Assembly: GCF_009914755.1 (NCBI RefSeq) | Contig: NC_060929.1 | Length of the DNA: 64,000 nt | DNA from: the human T2T-CHM13v2.0 reference genome, Homo sapiens | Strand: one strand, 5' to 3' | In this document: positions 1 to 16,960 of the stretch, in pieces | Layout: every line of letters begins with the position of its first letter | How positions within the stretch are numbered: the first letter of the stretch is position 1 | Program-made: the position numbers and the translations under genes | The notes under the pieces: generated by a model | What the model was told of the DNA's origin: nothing | Databases searched by the model: none | What the model saw: the letters and a program-made list of their open reading frames with translations, nothing else

Positions 1-459
1 GCATATTCATATGATTAAACCTAAACTATTCTGGATGAATGAATAGATGAATGAATGAATGATGGAAGGAAGAAAGATACTTTGGACAAGTGCATTGTTG
101 ACCCAATATCCGCTCACCTACTTCCTTTCTAATAGAACTTAATTATGATCAGGTGTCCATCCCTTCCCCAGTGACTCAGGGGAGGTGACCCAATTCCCAA
201 TTCCAAGGTAGATCCTGATTAGCCTACATTTTCTTTTTCTTAAAAATAGTCTTCTCTCTCTGGACGTTGTCAGGTTTGAATCTGACTCCCAGGACTGCTA
301 AAGTCATCTTGCTATCGGTCTAACAATTAAACCAACCAAAGCGAAAAGTAGCGCCAAGGAAATTGCATAAAAGCGGTAGCAATATGCATAAATAAAAGCA
401 GTATTCTAGATGGCCCTTGCTGTACCCTGAGCTTCTTATTATGTGAGATAATAGGGTTT

Positions 460-1010
460 CTGTATTGTTTCTTCTAGTTGTCTATTGCTATAAAACAGTT
501 ACCACAACATGGAGTGGCTTAAAATAGCATCCATGTTATTAAATTTCATAATTTTGTAGGCCAGGAAGCCAGGAAGGACTTACTTAGGTAATTCTTCTAT
601 TCCATGTACCATTGACTGAGGTCCCTTAGTGATATTCAGCTGGCTGATGGACTGGTCTTTAGAGTCCACATATTTGGCACCTTGGCAATGCTGGCTGGAA
701 GTGCAGGCTCAGCTGGGACATTTAACCAGAACACACATACATGACCTCTTCAACATGGCCATCTCAAGGTACTCAGACTTCTTCCCCAGGGTGAAGGGCT
801 TCCAGAGAGAGTATTCCAAGAGACAGGAAGTAGAAGCCTTCAGTCTCTTAAGGCCAGAGCCTGGACTGGCACAGCATCACGTCTGTCATATTCTGTGGGT
901 CAGAGCAGTCACAAATTCCATTGAGATGCAAGGGGAGAGGACATAGTTTACCTCTTGATGGGAAAATTATCACTTTATGGCTATTTTAATGCTTCACATT
1001 ATTTAAGTCA
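460..1010 (-). mobile_element. MaLR solo LTR (MLT1 family), old
   Basis: Start 'tgtattgtttc...tattgctataaaacagttaccacaac...ggcttaaaatagca' and end 'caaggggagaggacatagtttacctcttgatggg' resemble MLT1 LTRs. Confidence 0.6.
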
Positions 1011-1126
1011 ATTGGACACTGATTTTCTGTTATTTATAGGCTAAAGAATTCAAGAATTCCTGAGGAATTCAAGGAACTCAAGGTTCTCTCAAGCTTGGGA
1101 AGATATTTCTTCCTGTTCCCCTAAAA

Positions 1127-1425
1127 CAGAAGTCTGTACACTTTTTCTGCAAAGGGCTACATAGTAAATATTTCAGGCTTTACAGGCCACTTGGTCTCTT
1201 TTGAAACCACTCAACTCTGCCAATGAGGCATGAAAAACAGCCATGGAAAATAAATAAATGAATGAGTATGGTTACGTTCCAATAAAAATTTTCTTTATGG
1301 TCACTGAAATTTGAATTTCACGTAATTTTCACATGTCACAAATTGTTTTGTTTTTCATCCATTTAGAAATGTAAAAATCATTCTTAGCTGTGGGCTGTCC
1401 AAAAAAAAAAAAAAATGCAGGCCAG
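1127..1425 (+). mobile_element. hAT-Charlie MITE, MER58B-like
   Basis: 'tttttctgcaaagggctacatagtaaatatttcaggcttt...actcaactctgc...gttccaataaaa' matches the MER58 pattern. Confidence 0.7.
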
Positions 1426-1495
1426 GTCCCTCTGTTATTTCTTGGGCTGTATTTTACCAACCCCTACTCTAATATATCAAGCCAGCTTCAGGCTC

Positions 1496-2180
<685 letters not shown>

Positions 2181-3199
2181 ATGGTTACAATTCAATTCAC
2201 TAGAGCTTGAGAAGAACATAAAAGGCTACTCCATTTATACTGATTGAATGAGAGAAAGATAATAAAAGCAGAGGAAGGAGATCAAGTCATCACCTTTACT
2301 CAGAGAAGCTTTTGTCCCTCTGTTATTTCTGTGTGTTTCAGGGAAAGCTGAAGGAAAAATTCTTCTCCTCTTATATAATTTTGAAGATAGCTATTTTTCT
2401 CTCTTGGCAGATATGAATGACTTATCGTGCCTGTCCAGAGTCAGGGAAAGGAGAAACAATCTTATTTGAGAAGGGAGGATATCACTGCAGTGGTTGTGAA
2501 ATCGTGTTTGGAAGCTAGATTGCTCTAGACCACTAAGGTATGATTTCACAGAAATTCCCAAGATCCCTGCAGGGGAAATAACAAAGGTCCTGGGTGGCAT
2601 GGCAACAATAGAGATGACAGAATTGGGAATAATATCAGGCTAAACCTGTCCTGGGAGGCAGGGAGGAAAAGCAGCAGCAAGTACAACATTTGGGACAGAG
2701 AGCTTGAGCTTGAACAGAATGTACCGGTGCTGTTGGGTGGCAGCCAGGCCCAACAATTTAGCATTGGGCTTTCTAAGCCTGGGGACAGAAGTGGCTTCCA
2801 TCCAGTCCTGCCTCTACTTACTAAAACAAACAGATTGGCAAAGGAGAAAGAGACTGTTCTAGGTGAATATAATAAACAGGAAGTGTCCATGGGAAACAGT
2901 GAGGTCCATAGCTTAGGCTGTGAGTTCAGTGAATTCAGCTTAGGAACCGAGCACTGACACAAATCACAAAGTAGTGGAGAGTGGGCCTGATATAGAAGGT
3001 AACAAGGGGCTGACCTGAAAATGTTGAGCACAGTGTGGAAGGCACAATAGGCTAGCTGGGAAGAAGCATGAACTTGGACACTTGAGTCCCTGTTGGTAGA
3101 TGAGGCAGAGAAAATAGAGATCAAATGATGTCTATAACCTGGACTTACTGGTTGCAAGCAGTGGAAAAGCTAAAAAAAAAAAATTGACCAAATCTTAAA

Positions 3200-3720
3200 A
3201 AGGGCACTTATAGGCTCACATATTTGAGGAGTATGGCAATATGCTAGCTTTAGGGATGGTCAGAGACAGGATCTCGAAGACTGTCTTCAGTCCTTGGTCT
3301 CTCTCTCTTTCTTCATCTCTCAGCTCATCTTTCCTCTGTGTTTGCTTCATTCTGAGTCTTTCCCCATGATGCCCAGTGTGCTATGGCAGCAGTGGTCCAC
3401 ATCAGCTCTAGGTGTATATCCATCCAGCTTCAAGTTCAGCTAAGATTACTTTTGGCCTGGTTGTTCTAACAAGTCCAAGAATTCTATCTCATTGCCTCTG
3501 ACTGGGTCATAAGCTCGTTCCTGAGCCAGTCACTGGGCCCATGGGTTTGCAGTGTTTCATTGGTCATCTCTGGGCTGCATGCCCTCGCCTGAAGCCCAGT
3601 GGACTCAGCTTTACGAAAATCACTTGGACTAGGAATCAGAGAGAAGTGGTTCTTCAAGAAAAACTTGGTACTATTTATACCAGAATTGGGTATGGATGCT
3701 GGATAGGCAAAAACAAATCA
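3200..3720. mobile_element. Old MaLR LTR (MLT1K/L-like)
   Basis: 'ctctgactgggtcat...ctgagccagtcactggg...tcattggtca...ggatgctggataggcaaaaacaa' pattern. Confidence 0.5.
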
Positions 3721-4051
3721 AATTAAAACAAATGAAAAATAGATGTTTGCAACCAGTAATCATCACACTCACATAGAATTGACCAGAAGCCACAATCTCT
3801 CTCATCAGTACATGAATATAATTCTAAATGTTATAACCCAATCTTAGACTTTCAGTTGTTTTTATACTGACAAACTGCATGCTCTGGTTTAAATTAGCTT
3901 CAGGGAGTTAATACCAAGAATAGAAAATAATCATCATAAATGAGGAAAAAAGTATCCGCAATTATTTAAAACAAAAATGCACAATAGCATAAACTTGGAA
4001 TTAAAATTGGTAACTAGAAATGCAACTACCTATTGCTCAAATAACCCTTGA

Positions 4052-4417
<366 letters not shown>

Positions 4418-4727
4418 TCTTTTTTTATTTTTTATTTTTATTTTGAGATAGGGCCTCACTGTGTTGCCCAGGCTGGAGTGCAGTAATGCAATCATGGCTC
4501 ACTGCAGCCTTGACCTCCCTAGGCTCAGGTGATCCTCCCACCTCAGTCTCCTGAGTAGCTGGGACTACAGGCATGTTCCACCATGCCTGGCTAATTTTTG
4601 TATTTTTTGTAGAGACAGGGCTTCACCATGTTGCCCAGGGTGGTCTCAAACTCCTGGGCTTAAGTAATCTGCCTGCCCTGGCCCTCCAAAGTGCTGGGAT
4701 TACAGGCATGAGCTACCACACCCGGCC
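4418..4727 (-). mobile_element. AluJ, full length, abutting the previous Alu
   Basis: 'cagccttgacctcc...ggctcaggtgatcctcccacc' and 'ctcctgggcttaag' are AluJ-type positions. Confidence 0.9.
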
Positions 4728-4999
4728 TTCATTTTCAATTTAGGATTAATTCATGAAGAAATGTTAACATGGGAGAATGCTCAGATTTTACAAGCCCTTA
4801 TGATACCTGATGAAGTGTGGTGGTGTCCTTGGCTCCTATGCCTATCTCACTTTATCCCCATGACACCACCTTTCTGACCACTCCCTTTCTGCCTCCTTTA
4901 CCCACCCCTGAAGCATTGTGTTTCTGGAGGTTCATCTTTGGTTTCCAGCTCTTCTCTTTTTATATGCTCTTGCAGAGTAACTCTTCCTTTACTCTTTTC

Positions 5000-5950
5000 A
5001 ACAGGCACCCACTGAGAGCCTCCTTTGTCCCAGGTACTGGGCCAACCATCCTCATAGGTTAACTCCTGAATATCCGTGTGCCAATGATACCCAACTCTCT
5101 AAAGTCTAGACTCTCCCTCCAAATTCACACTTGGAAATTCATATAGAGTTCCTTTATAGGTAGTTTTTGAATGGACAAATAGAATGCTTCTCCCTTAGTG
5201 ATTCAAGTTTAGTGTACCTAAAAATGAAATCCTCTTCCTTCCTGATTCTATCAGTATTTGTATTAATACTTGGTAATACCCTCTAGGATTGAAACTTCAG
5301 GATTGTCCTTGCCTCCTCCCTCTAGTCTCCCTAACATAAAGTCCCACTGATTTTTGACTCAGTATTTCTAAATCTGGCCTCTTATCCCCCATCTTCACTC
5401 CTCCTTCCCTAATTCAGACCTGTATCACCTTTTATTTAAATGCTGGTCTCCCTCCCTCCAAGCGTATCCATGTATCAATCACATTCCCCTGCTTCAGTGG
5501 CTCTCTATTGCCTATTACACTCTTTAATATGCTAAATAAAGTTCTCTGTATCCTGCCCTCTGCTCCGCTTCCAGCTTTACCTCTAGAGTGACCTGCCTTA
5601 AATGTCTGTAGTTTTCTGCACACCTTACACAGATTCATGCCACTGTGGCTTTGTGCATGCTCTACCCTCTGTCTGGAATATATCTCACCCCAAGAGTTAA
5701 TTGAGGTACAGTTCCTCTAGAGTGCCTTGTTGGCACTCTTCAGGCTGAGCTGAGTGCCCTTGCATTGGCTCCCATAGCACACTGGGCATCCTTCTCTCAT
5801 TGCACTGTGAAGTTCAGGTCCTCTGGCTGTCACTCAGACTCCCTTGTGAGTTCCTTGAAGGTGTGGGCATGTCTCGTTCATCCTTGGCTCCCCAGTGCCT
5901 AGTCCAGCACCCGAAGCATAGTAAGATTTCAATAAATGTCTGGTGAGTAA
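5000..5950 (+). mobile_element. L2 fragment(s)
   Basis: Degenerate L2 3' region ending 'tccccagtgcctagtccagcac...tcaataaatgtctggtgagt'. Confidence 0.55.
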
Positions 5951-6514
5951 AATAACAGTTATCATTGTAGATCTATGTTTCTTCTTAAGTGCTTATGATT
6001 CTTCTTATAATTATAGGTCTGTGTCTCCTCTTGGTCTTCACAGCTCTCTTCATGTGACAAAGAAACTTCCTAAAATACTAAAAGCTAAAGGAGATTGTTA
6101 TCTAAGCTTGAGATGGAAGGTTGCCAGCGGAAACTTGGAGGTAATCTAATTTGCATTTTCTGGGCCAAAGGATTAATTCTAGAGGCCAAAACGAATGCTA
6201 CAGAACCTAAAATACATACTAGTTTGATACAATGGATTAGAAGAGTGACTAACAAAAAAATAAGATCCTATTTCTCTAGTTTAAACCATTTATTTACTTA
6301 TAGTCAGTTTTTCTAAGCCTTATCTGGAATTGTCAAACTAATATTTTCTAAATTAATTTTAAATCCATATGGAAAGTCAACTAGTCTTTGTACTGCATTC
6401 TGAGTATAAAATGAACAAGCACAGTATTCACCCTGCAGAAGGCATTCAGCAAATGGTTATTGACTTTACATTTTCCTATTGAAATATACAGAATATTTCA
6501 CCAAAACACTATTA

Positions 6515-6749
6515 TTCATTAATTCATTCAATAAATTTTTTGAGTACTTGTTATGTGTGAGGCACTGTTCTAGGCCCAGGGGATATAGCACTGAAAAAAG
6601 GACTTTTCTGTCTAAAAGAGCACACTCCCACTCTCTTACCCTGCTGTCATGGGGTTTTCATTCTATTGTGAAGAAAATAACAATAAATCATGCAAAAAGT
6701 ATACATCACCAACAACCACGATAAGGATTGTGGCGAAAAATAAAACAGG

Positions 6750-6791
<42 letters not shown>

Positions 6792-7830
6792 GGATGGGGA
6801 AGGTAGGGGAAGCCTATCTGAAAAGATGATATTGGAATAGAGACTTGAAGGAAGAAAAATAATGTCATGTTGATATCTATGAAAAAAGAATTATAGGCAG
6901 AGAAAACAGCAAGTGTAAAGGCCTTGAGGGAAGAGAGTAGGTATGCCTTGTTTGAAGAATGTCAAGAAGGCCAGGTAGCTGGGACAGAGTGGGCAGAGGG
7001 AGAAGGGCAGGACACGAGCTGAGAAGAGTATCTGTGGGTCAGATCGTGGTTTCGTTTTTACTCTGGTAAGATGGAAACCACTGGAAGGTTGTGATCAGAG
7101 GTGTGACATGCTATCTTCTATGTTCACTCTAAAGGATCACAGCCAGTCGCCTGGGATTGACCACAGGGAGTGGCAGAGGCAGAAAGCAAAAGACCAGTTG
7201 CAATTATCCAGGTAAAAGATGGAGGCTGTTGCAATAATCCAGGTAAAGAATGTTTGGTGGCTTGAACCAGGGTGGTAGCAGAATAGGTGGAAAAGTAGTC
7301 AGACAATAGGTATCTGTTGGAGGCTCAGTCAAAAAGATTTGCTGATGACTGGGTATGAATTGTGAGGGGGGAAAATGGTGGCTCTAAGATTTTGTCTTGA
7401 GCAACTACAAGGATGGGTTTAGTGGGGTTTGGGGAGAAAAATCAAGATTTCGGAGGTGAGAGGGAGAGATTTTAATTCTGGTCTCTCTTTAAATTTGAGA
7501 TGCCTATTCAGATATACAAGTAGAATGTTGAGCAATCAATTGTGTACACCTGTATGAGTTCAGGAGCGAGGTCAAATCTGGGCTAGATGTTGGAAGTTGT
7601 TAGTGTGCTGACGGTGTTAAAAGCTACGGAGTATTCAAAGTTGGGGTCACCTAGGAGGTGTGTTTGGATAGAGATTTGAGAACTGGCCTGGAGTATTCTA
7701 ATGTCTAGAGATTGGGAAAATAAGGAAGAATCAGAAAAGGAAACTGAGAAAGAGGGATCAGTGAGCTAGAAGCAGATCCAAGAGAAAGTGAGTGGGTGGA
7801 GACCCAGAGGCCAAGTGAAGAAAGATTGTT
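6515..7830 (-). mobile_element. L2 fragment (antisense)
   Basis: 'ttcattcaataaattttttgagtacttgttatgtgtgaggcactgttctagg' plus internal L2 motifs ('aaatttgagatgcctatt', 'gagttcaggagcgaggtc'). Confidence 0.75.
6754..6785 (+). repeat. (GT)16 microsatellite
   Basis: Direct read. Confidence 0.97.
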
Positions 7831-8639
7831 AGGCCTGAAGTAAGAAACAACCCGCCAAGTTCCCGTTTACCCCAGGTCTCAGCGGATGGTGTACTTCCAC
7901 ATCTATATGTGTGTAAAAATGTTTTTTCTTTATTCTTTTTGGCCTGGGGTTACCCAACTGCCATGTATTCCCTTTGTTCCTTCCCCTGGAAACTCTGAGT
8001 CTATGTGGTCCAAGACTTCAGTACTGGGCCTGTGTGGTTATGAGCTCATACTTCTCTTTTCCTCTTATAACAGCTATAAGATCAGTTCACCTTTTGTTTA
8101 CAGTTCTAAGGAGAATTTGAAGCACTGAGCATATGCCAGGGTTGTCCATTCATAAAATCACTCATTTATTCATTTGCTGTGTAGTTACTGGGAATTTGCA
8201 ATGTGCAGGCACTGTTCTAGAAGCTGATGATATAGCCATGAAGCAGATAGACCCAACATGAGATCTGCCAACAGGGAACTGACATTCTAGTGAACTAAGA
8301 GGGAATTACTTTCAATCGGGAGGGCAGGGAAGTATCTCTGAAGGGCTAGATTCTGCTGTCTCCAAAGTAACCAATTCATCTGTTCCTTTTTAGAATCCTG
8401 AATTGAGCCTGTGTTCCCAGTTCCTAGAAACCCTCAAGGTTATTGGTTTCCTCCTCGCTTAATAGACCAGTGGAAGAAATCTACCTCCAGTTCTATCTTC
8501 ACATGAGCAACTGTTTACAGTTTACAATATTACTCTGAAAATCAGTTCTTTTCAAGTTTTATCTAACACCCACCAGAAGAAACAGAAGATTATGAAAATG
8601 GAATTTGTCAAAGTTCCTCTCCCAACAATATGATATTTA

Positions 8640-8900
8640 ATTTTGCTAACATTTTTTTTTGAACACTTACTATATTGCAGACAATGGTCTAAGTAAAGCA
8701 TTTTATGTGCATCCTATCATGTCATCATCACACAGCCCTGTGAGGTAGATACTATTATTATTAACCACATTTCACATTCAAAAAAACTGAGGCTTAGAGA
8801 GACTAAGTAAATTGTCCAAGGTCACACAGCCATGAAGTGGCAGAGCTGTGGTTAAAACCTATGTCTGTCTGATGTTTAAGATTTTGCTGTTAGCATTACT
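8640..8900 (-). mobile_element. MIR
   Basis: Core 'aaaactgaggcttagagagactaagtaaattgtccaaggtcacacagc'. Confidence 0.8.
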
Positions 8901-10164
8901 TTGAAATGACAATATGAGGGCATTTTATGTATTTTTTTTGCCCCAATATGATCTGCAGAAACTATGTATTTTAAGTACTACATTTCTTTTATTTACCAAA
9001 TTATTGTCAGATAAGAAACCGAAATAAAAGTTTACAGGGTCTAGGATTCCTCCATAATGAATGAACTTTGGGGTATTTCAGTGACAAATTGGCTTTAACG
9101 CGATCAAATTCCATCCTACAATGAAAGTGTGTTAGTTTGTGGTTTCAAGTTTAAAAACAGCACTGTATTGTCTTCCAGAAATATATAAATAGAAATTCAA
9201 GAAGTATTTCAATGAATACAGATAAAATTAGTTTTGTTAGAACATCAAATATGTGGGTTTCATTTCTTAGCTCAGTTTAGAAACTGTAATTTCAATTTTT
9301 TTTAGCAGCTGTGGTAAATTTTGAGATTTGAAATTTCATATAATATAAATCCTCATTTATTGAGCATTTAAATTATATGCCCAACAATTTACTGTGTACA
9401 TTACTTCACTTGTTCTTAACTATAACTCTACAAAATATTATTGTCCTTGATTTATAGATGAAGATATTGAGACTCAGTTAAGTAACTTGCTTGAAATTCA
9501 AAAACGTTAACTGTGGAAGGCAGTATTTGAACCCAGTGTTCAAAACCCCATGCTCTTTTTATTATATGACCTTATTTCCTATTCAGTCTTCAGAAGATAT
9601 ATTGTCTTATTAGATTATTCTCGTTCTCTAAATAAGTGACCTTGGGCAACTATCTTTTTCCCTGGTATTTTCCCCTGCCTTTAAAACAATGTGATCAAAC
9701 TGGAAGTTTTTCACGATCTCTCTTAGCCCTAAAGCTCCTTGGTTCTGTAATTCCACCAATAGCCCATTTCAAAAATAATTCTACAGTAATCAGTGGGACT
9801 CCTGTTTTTCCCATCTTTTTTTTTTTTGAAACAGAAAATTGAAACTTTTAAATTAGTTTAGTAAATACATCTACTAGTTTTTTTCTTTTATAGTCATGGT
9901 TATATTATTTGGTCCTTCTTAGTTGCAACATGTTTCCTTGCTGTCAATTTATAATACCTCTCATCAACAATAGCCTGAAGAAATAGATTTGAATTGCTTT
10001 CCCTAATTTATAGCTGGAAAACTAGGCTACGCTGGTATCTTAAATTGACTTTCCTGAGGTCACGGGCACTCAGTGCCAAGAGGAGTTGGTACCTACGCAT
10101 TTGAAATTTCTGGATTTCTGGTCTTACTCTGTACTTAGTCACTCTTTTCTTTCATTTGGCCCTA

Positions 10165-10470
10165 TGGTGGGCAAACTACAGCCTACAGGCCAATTCCAGC
10201 CTACCATCTGTTTTTGTATGGTCCATGAACTAAGAATGGTTATCACATTTTAAAATGGTGGGAAAAAAAGACTATTTTGTGACATAAAAATTATATGAAA
10301 TCCAAATTTCAGTGTCTATAAATTTTGTTGGAATATAGTTACCACACTCATTCTTTTATGCACTGTTTTTGGCTGGTTTTCTGCCTCAACAGCAGAGTTG
10401 AGTAGGTGCAACCAAGACTGTATGGCCTACAAAGCCTAAAAGTTTGTTATAGAAAAGTTTGCTGACCAAC
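10165..10470 (-). mobile_element. hAT-Charlie MITE, MER58B-like
   Basis: 'ggtgggcaaactacagcctacaggcc...gcagagttgagtagg...gaaaagtttgctgacc'. Confidence 0.75.
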
Positions 10471-10575
10471 TCTATTGGTTGCTTAGTATTGCTAGGCACT
10501 CTGCAAGTCACAGGGAACACAGCAAACTAGACACATGACTGCCTTGGGCTTAAGAAGAGGTTTCTAAACTTTTGA

Positions 10576-10949
<374 letters not shown>

Positions 10950-11242
10950 TAAAAAAGGAGTATGTTAATACAAAAAAGTATATTAATGCCAAATTTGTAG
11001 GAAGAACATAATCTCAAAAAGCACTCTTTCAAATGGAATATATTAAGCTTCATGAAAAACTTTACATGGTCATTGTTTTTCTCATTTCATTATGGATCAA
11101 AGTAAACTTTCTAGACTGGCCTATATCATCAGACCAGCTTTGGGAAGCACAGGAGTAGTTCACATTGTTACTTTTCAGGCAAAACAATCTTTAAAAATGT
11201 TTAGTCTTTATAGTGATAGAATGCTTTAGTTTGAGAATTTAA

Positions 11243-11556
<314 letters not shown>

Positions 11557-12092
11557 AACAGCTACTAACTTTTTAAAGTCAAAAATAGAAATATAGTGAT
11601 GGGAAATTCCAGAAAAGAAATACAAAGGAAAATGGGGAAGTAAAGAAATCTGCCAATATTCACTCTCCCCTAACAGACATTGTATCCCATTCGCCCTGTG
11701 TTTAGATGGAGGATAATCCATTTTAGCATTGATTTTTCATCCTGGCTTCTCCATAGATGAAAAGAAGATCAGAATACTTTATCTATTGAAATATTGCCCT
11801 CTTCACTGCCACTAAGCCACCTTCAACAAACACATGCACTCACTAAAAACCACAGCATCATCTCAAAACCGGAGCCATCAAAAGAAATGTGAATTCCCAT
11901 GGATGAAAAGCCCATCCATCAATAAGGATTCGAAGTTGGGAAGTGATAGTTTCCCACTTGCTTTAGAAAGTTTGCTAATGCTTCATGACAGACTTCCTAT
12001 TTTGCAATAACTAAAATGACAGAAGACTAGAAATTATCGCTTTATCTTATATGTCCTTATTCCTGCAGTCTATGTTAGTGTTTATGTCCTAA

Positions 12093-12572
<480 letters not shown>

Positions 12573-12999
12573 TAAGATTCAGAGGCAAGAAAGAGAGCAA
12601 GGCACATAGGAATGCTTGAGTTTAGGTTACTGAAGTGAACTAATTTATTTGGTCATTTTAGCACCAACAATTATAGAAGAATAGGCCAATTATTTTTATT
12701 GACCCAGATAATTCTGGGTCTCTGTTGAAATTGTCTTTGATAGTTTTCTGGTTTCATATCAGCTTTTGAACAGTTTATTTTTATCAATAGAGTGTCCTTT
12801 TGCTTAAATACTTTTCCTCATTTAATACATATTCCTGCCCTGTAAATGCAGATATCATCTTTTAATGTTTAAGAAATCATCCTTAAAACTATGATTTTCT
12901 AATGTGAAAACTGCCTAAGAACCATGGATTAATGCAGCTGCTGAAAATCCAAGAGGAGGTGAAACAATAGGTTTTATAATTAATGCATTATATCAACTA

Positions 13000-13470
13000 G
13001 AGTAGTTTTGACTTTGAGTAACAGGAAACCCCATTAATGTAGCTTAAACAAATAGGTTGTTTTTTCCCTCTTTATGTGATGAGTAGTTGGGAGGTGGGTA
13101 CTCTGGAGATGGGTATTGTGGCTCGTGGGTGTCACCAAGCTACCTGGCTCCCTCTGTTTTCCCATCCAGCCATCCTTAGCATGTGATATTCATCTTCATG
13201 ACTGCAAGATGGCTGCTGCTGCTCCATGCATTGCATCCACATTCAAGACAAAAAGAATAGGGAAATGAAGTAAGCAGAAGGTGTGTGTCAGCAGTTGTCT
13301 CTTTATTAAAAAAACAACAAGAACAAAAAAACACACAAACCTTTCCAAAGCCCCAGCCAATACACTTCCAAGTGTATCTCAGTGGTCAGAAAAGTGGCAC
13401 ATGGCCACCACCAGCTGTGTGAAAACCTAAGAAATTAAATTCTTTAGTTGGGCACATTGGGGTTCTGCTA
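13000..13470. mobile_element. Old MaLR LTR (MLT1J/K-like)
   Basis: 'gagtaacaggaaaccc...gcttaaacaaatagg...caagatggctgctgc...cacatggccaccaccagctg'. Confidence 0.55.
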
Positions 13471-14348
13471 GAAACGTAACCTAAGTCTGGAGCTAGACTA
13501 CCTTTTGAGAATCTCAGCTCTGCCACTCATTAGTTATATGATTTTAGGTGATTCATTTCACTTGCCTCCCCTGTAAAGGGAGATAAGATAATAATAGGGT
13601 TGCTAAGTATTAATTGAGTTAATATTTTTAAAGTGTTTAGAACTGTATCTGGTATACAGTAAATGTTATATAAGCACTTTCAATAAATGAGTAAGGTAAA
13701 GAGTGAATATTAGGTAGAAAAGTGGCAAGCATGAAATAAATCATGAAAACTGAAAATAAAAGTATTGCTAACATGTAAAACTTGTGTAGAACAAATGCTA
13801 TGAGTTTCACTAATTTCTTGAGCCAAAGAATGTTAAATAGGTGCTGCTACCTCCCTTAAAGAACTATGAGCCAGTGGCTTTATGAGGATAGATTATTCTT
13901 TTTTCTTTAAGGAAACTGAGAATTTTATGTCTGTTTCAATCAACTGCTTCTACATAAATTGTAGGGCCTGTGATTTAAAGCTAAAGCAAATTAGAGGCTT
14001 GTATAATTATTGACATATTTGGGACATACCAGCAACAAGCCCTGGAAAACCACATACAGCTCATAAGGAGCGATAATGAAATCGCTCCTCTGTCATTCAT
14101 ATGTGATCTCATTCAAGTTTTAGGTGTTAGGCTATTATTATTTAACAATGTTTTTAGACATATAAAATGTATTTCTATAGATATTTTATATGGATGTAGT
14201 TATTTAAGCCAGATAGATTTGAATTCTAAGTCTAGCTCTATCAGTAACTACATTAGGCATCTTACTTCTCTAAGCTTTAGTTTCCTTACCTGTAAAATGG
14301 GGATGGTAGCAGCATCTAATTCTCAGGATTGTAGTAAACATTAAATAA

Positions 14349-14733
<385 letters not shown>

Positions 14734-15906
14734 CATCATCATTATTTTTTAAAATCAACCTTTAATGAGGTTTACACACAATAAAACGCACCCATGAGTT
14801 TTGACAAATGCAATGCCTGTGTAACTACCACCCTAACTGAGATATAGAACATTTACATCAACCTTAAATTGTTATTTTAAAATAGGAAAACTGGTATCTT
14901 GTCTAGTAATAATAAAAAGGAGAAGTCACTGTGCAGCACAAAATATGGCATCAACCATAAAAAAGCATGAATAAGTGCTAACTAGAATTATGGGGCCATG
15001 AGAATGTGGCAGGAGGCGCATTCATTGTGAGGGAGTTGGGGACAGGTCAAATGCACTATACATTATTGCTTCTGCCTGTGCAGCAGTGATCCCCGTTTTC
15101 CCTGTTAAATGCGCTGTGCTTGTCCTTTAGTGGAACAACTTCACCCCAGTACTTTACGTTTTTGGAGTGGGGCTGTTTTATCCTTGACTCCAGTCTTGTC
15201 ATTTCTATTGGAATTCTTAGAAAACTCTCTTCCTGCTAATATTGCTGGGCGTAATTTGGAGAAGCTGAGAGAGTCACTGAGACTGAAGCCACCACAGACA
15301 AAGGTCAGCTTGGGGATGGAGAGAGAAACCTGTGCTGTTATCATCTTCTAGATCCCCAGAGGCTGCCTTGAAGCTGGATCTACCCCTGAACTTCTCAGTT
15401 ACATAAGGACCCATGAATGCTTCATCACGGATCAGATCTGTTCACAAGCTGGTGTTCAGGAACCAATGTGTGACTGGTCCATGCCCACTTCTGATTATAT
15501 GGACTCAGAGACAATGTACATGGGAGTGCTTTGCCAGTGGTAAAGTTTCTACAAATGGGAGGTAATTGCATGGCAGGTGTAAAGTTATTTGGACCATTGA
15601 GGCCAGAAAAAATGTAGATTTAAAATATACTGATACTGAAAGCAGAACTGTTTGAACTAATTGCTAATTTTAAGGAATTCAGACATTCATCCAAAGGATT
15701 TAGGCCAAATGTTGCCTAAATTGTTTCTCTATTTCATATGAAAGTGATTTCTGCGGCTTAACTGTTCTCTTCTATTTATGTGCATGGCCATAACTGATGT
15801 TGTCACATGAGTCCTGTTTCTTTCTTATTAAACATGTGTCCGGCTCATTGATGTTCAGCACCTTTGAAGTTCCAATTGCTGTTCTAAGCTGGGGTTGCTG
15901 CATTGA

Positions 15907-16290
<384 letters not shown>

Positions 16291-16580
16291 TGTACTGCTG
16301 CATTCTGATTCTCTCTTTCTAGTAATACTGCTGAAAGTGTGGGAGGTTTTTTGTGGAAATTCCATATTAAATTTATGAGAAATTTACACATTATTCACAT
16401 ATTTACATATTTGTCTGTGAATGGGCATATTAAGTTATATGTTTGTGCCACATAGAATTATTAATATTATCTCGGTAAGCTGGTTCAAGTTACAACTCTG
16501 GGCCTCAATTTCTTATCTGAAAAAATGGGAACTATCATAGTACCAGTCTCACCCTGTAGGGATTATATGCATGTAAATAA

Positions 16581-16748
<168 letters not shown>

Positions 16749-16960
16749 ATGCATGTAAATAATTTACCATAGTGCCTGGCATAAACTGAGAGCTTAACAA
16801 ATGATAGCTGATATATTATTGTTGTTATTATTAATACATATATATTATTTTACACACATTTGCCTACTATTCCTCAATGGGATAAAACAAATAATTGTGG
16901 ATCACATTTTATTTCATTCATTTAGCATGTATTGAATGTTACCATTTATGCTGGGCCCAC

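Noticed and set aside
2546-3157. 203-aa minus-strand ORF, the longest in the window
   Set aside because: Non-ATG start, Ser/Leu-rich, no recognisable domain
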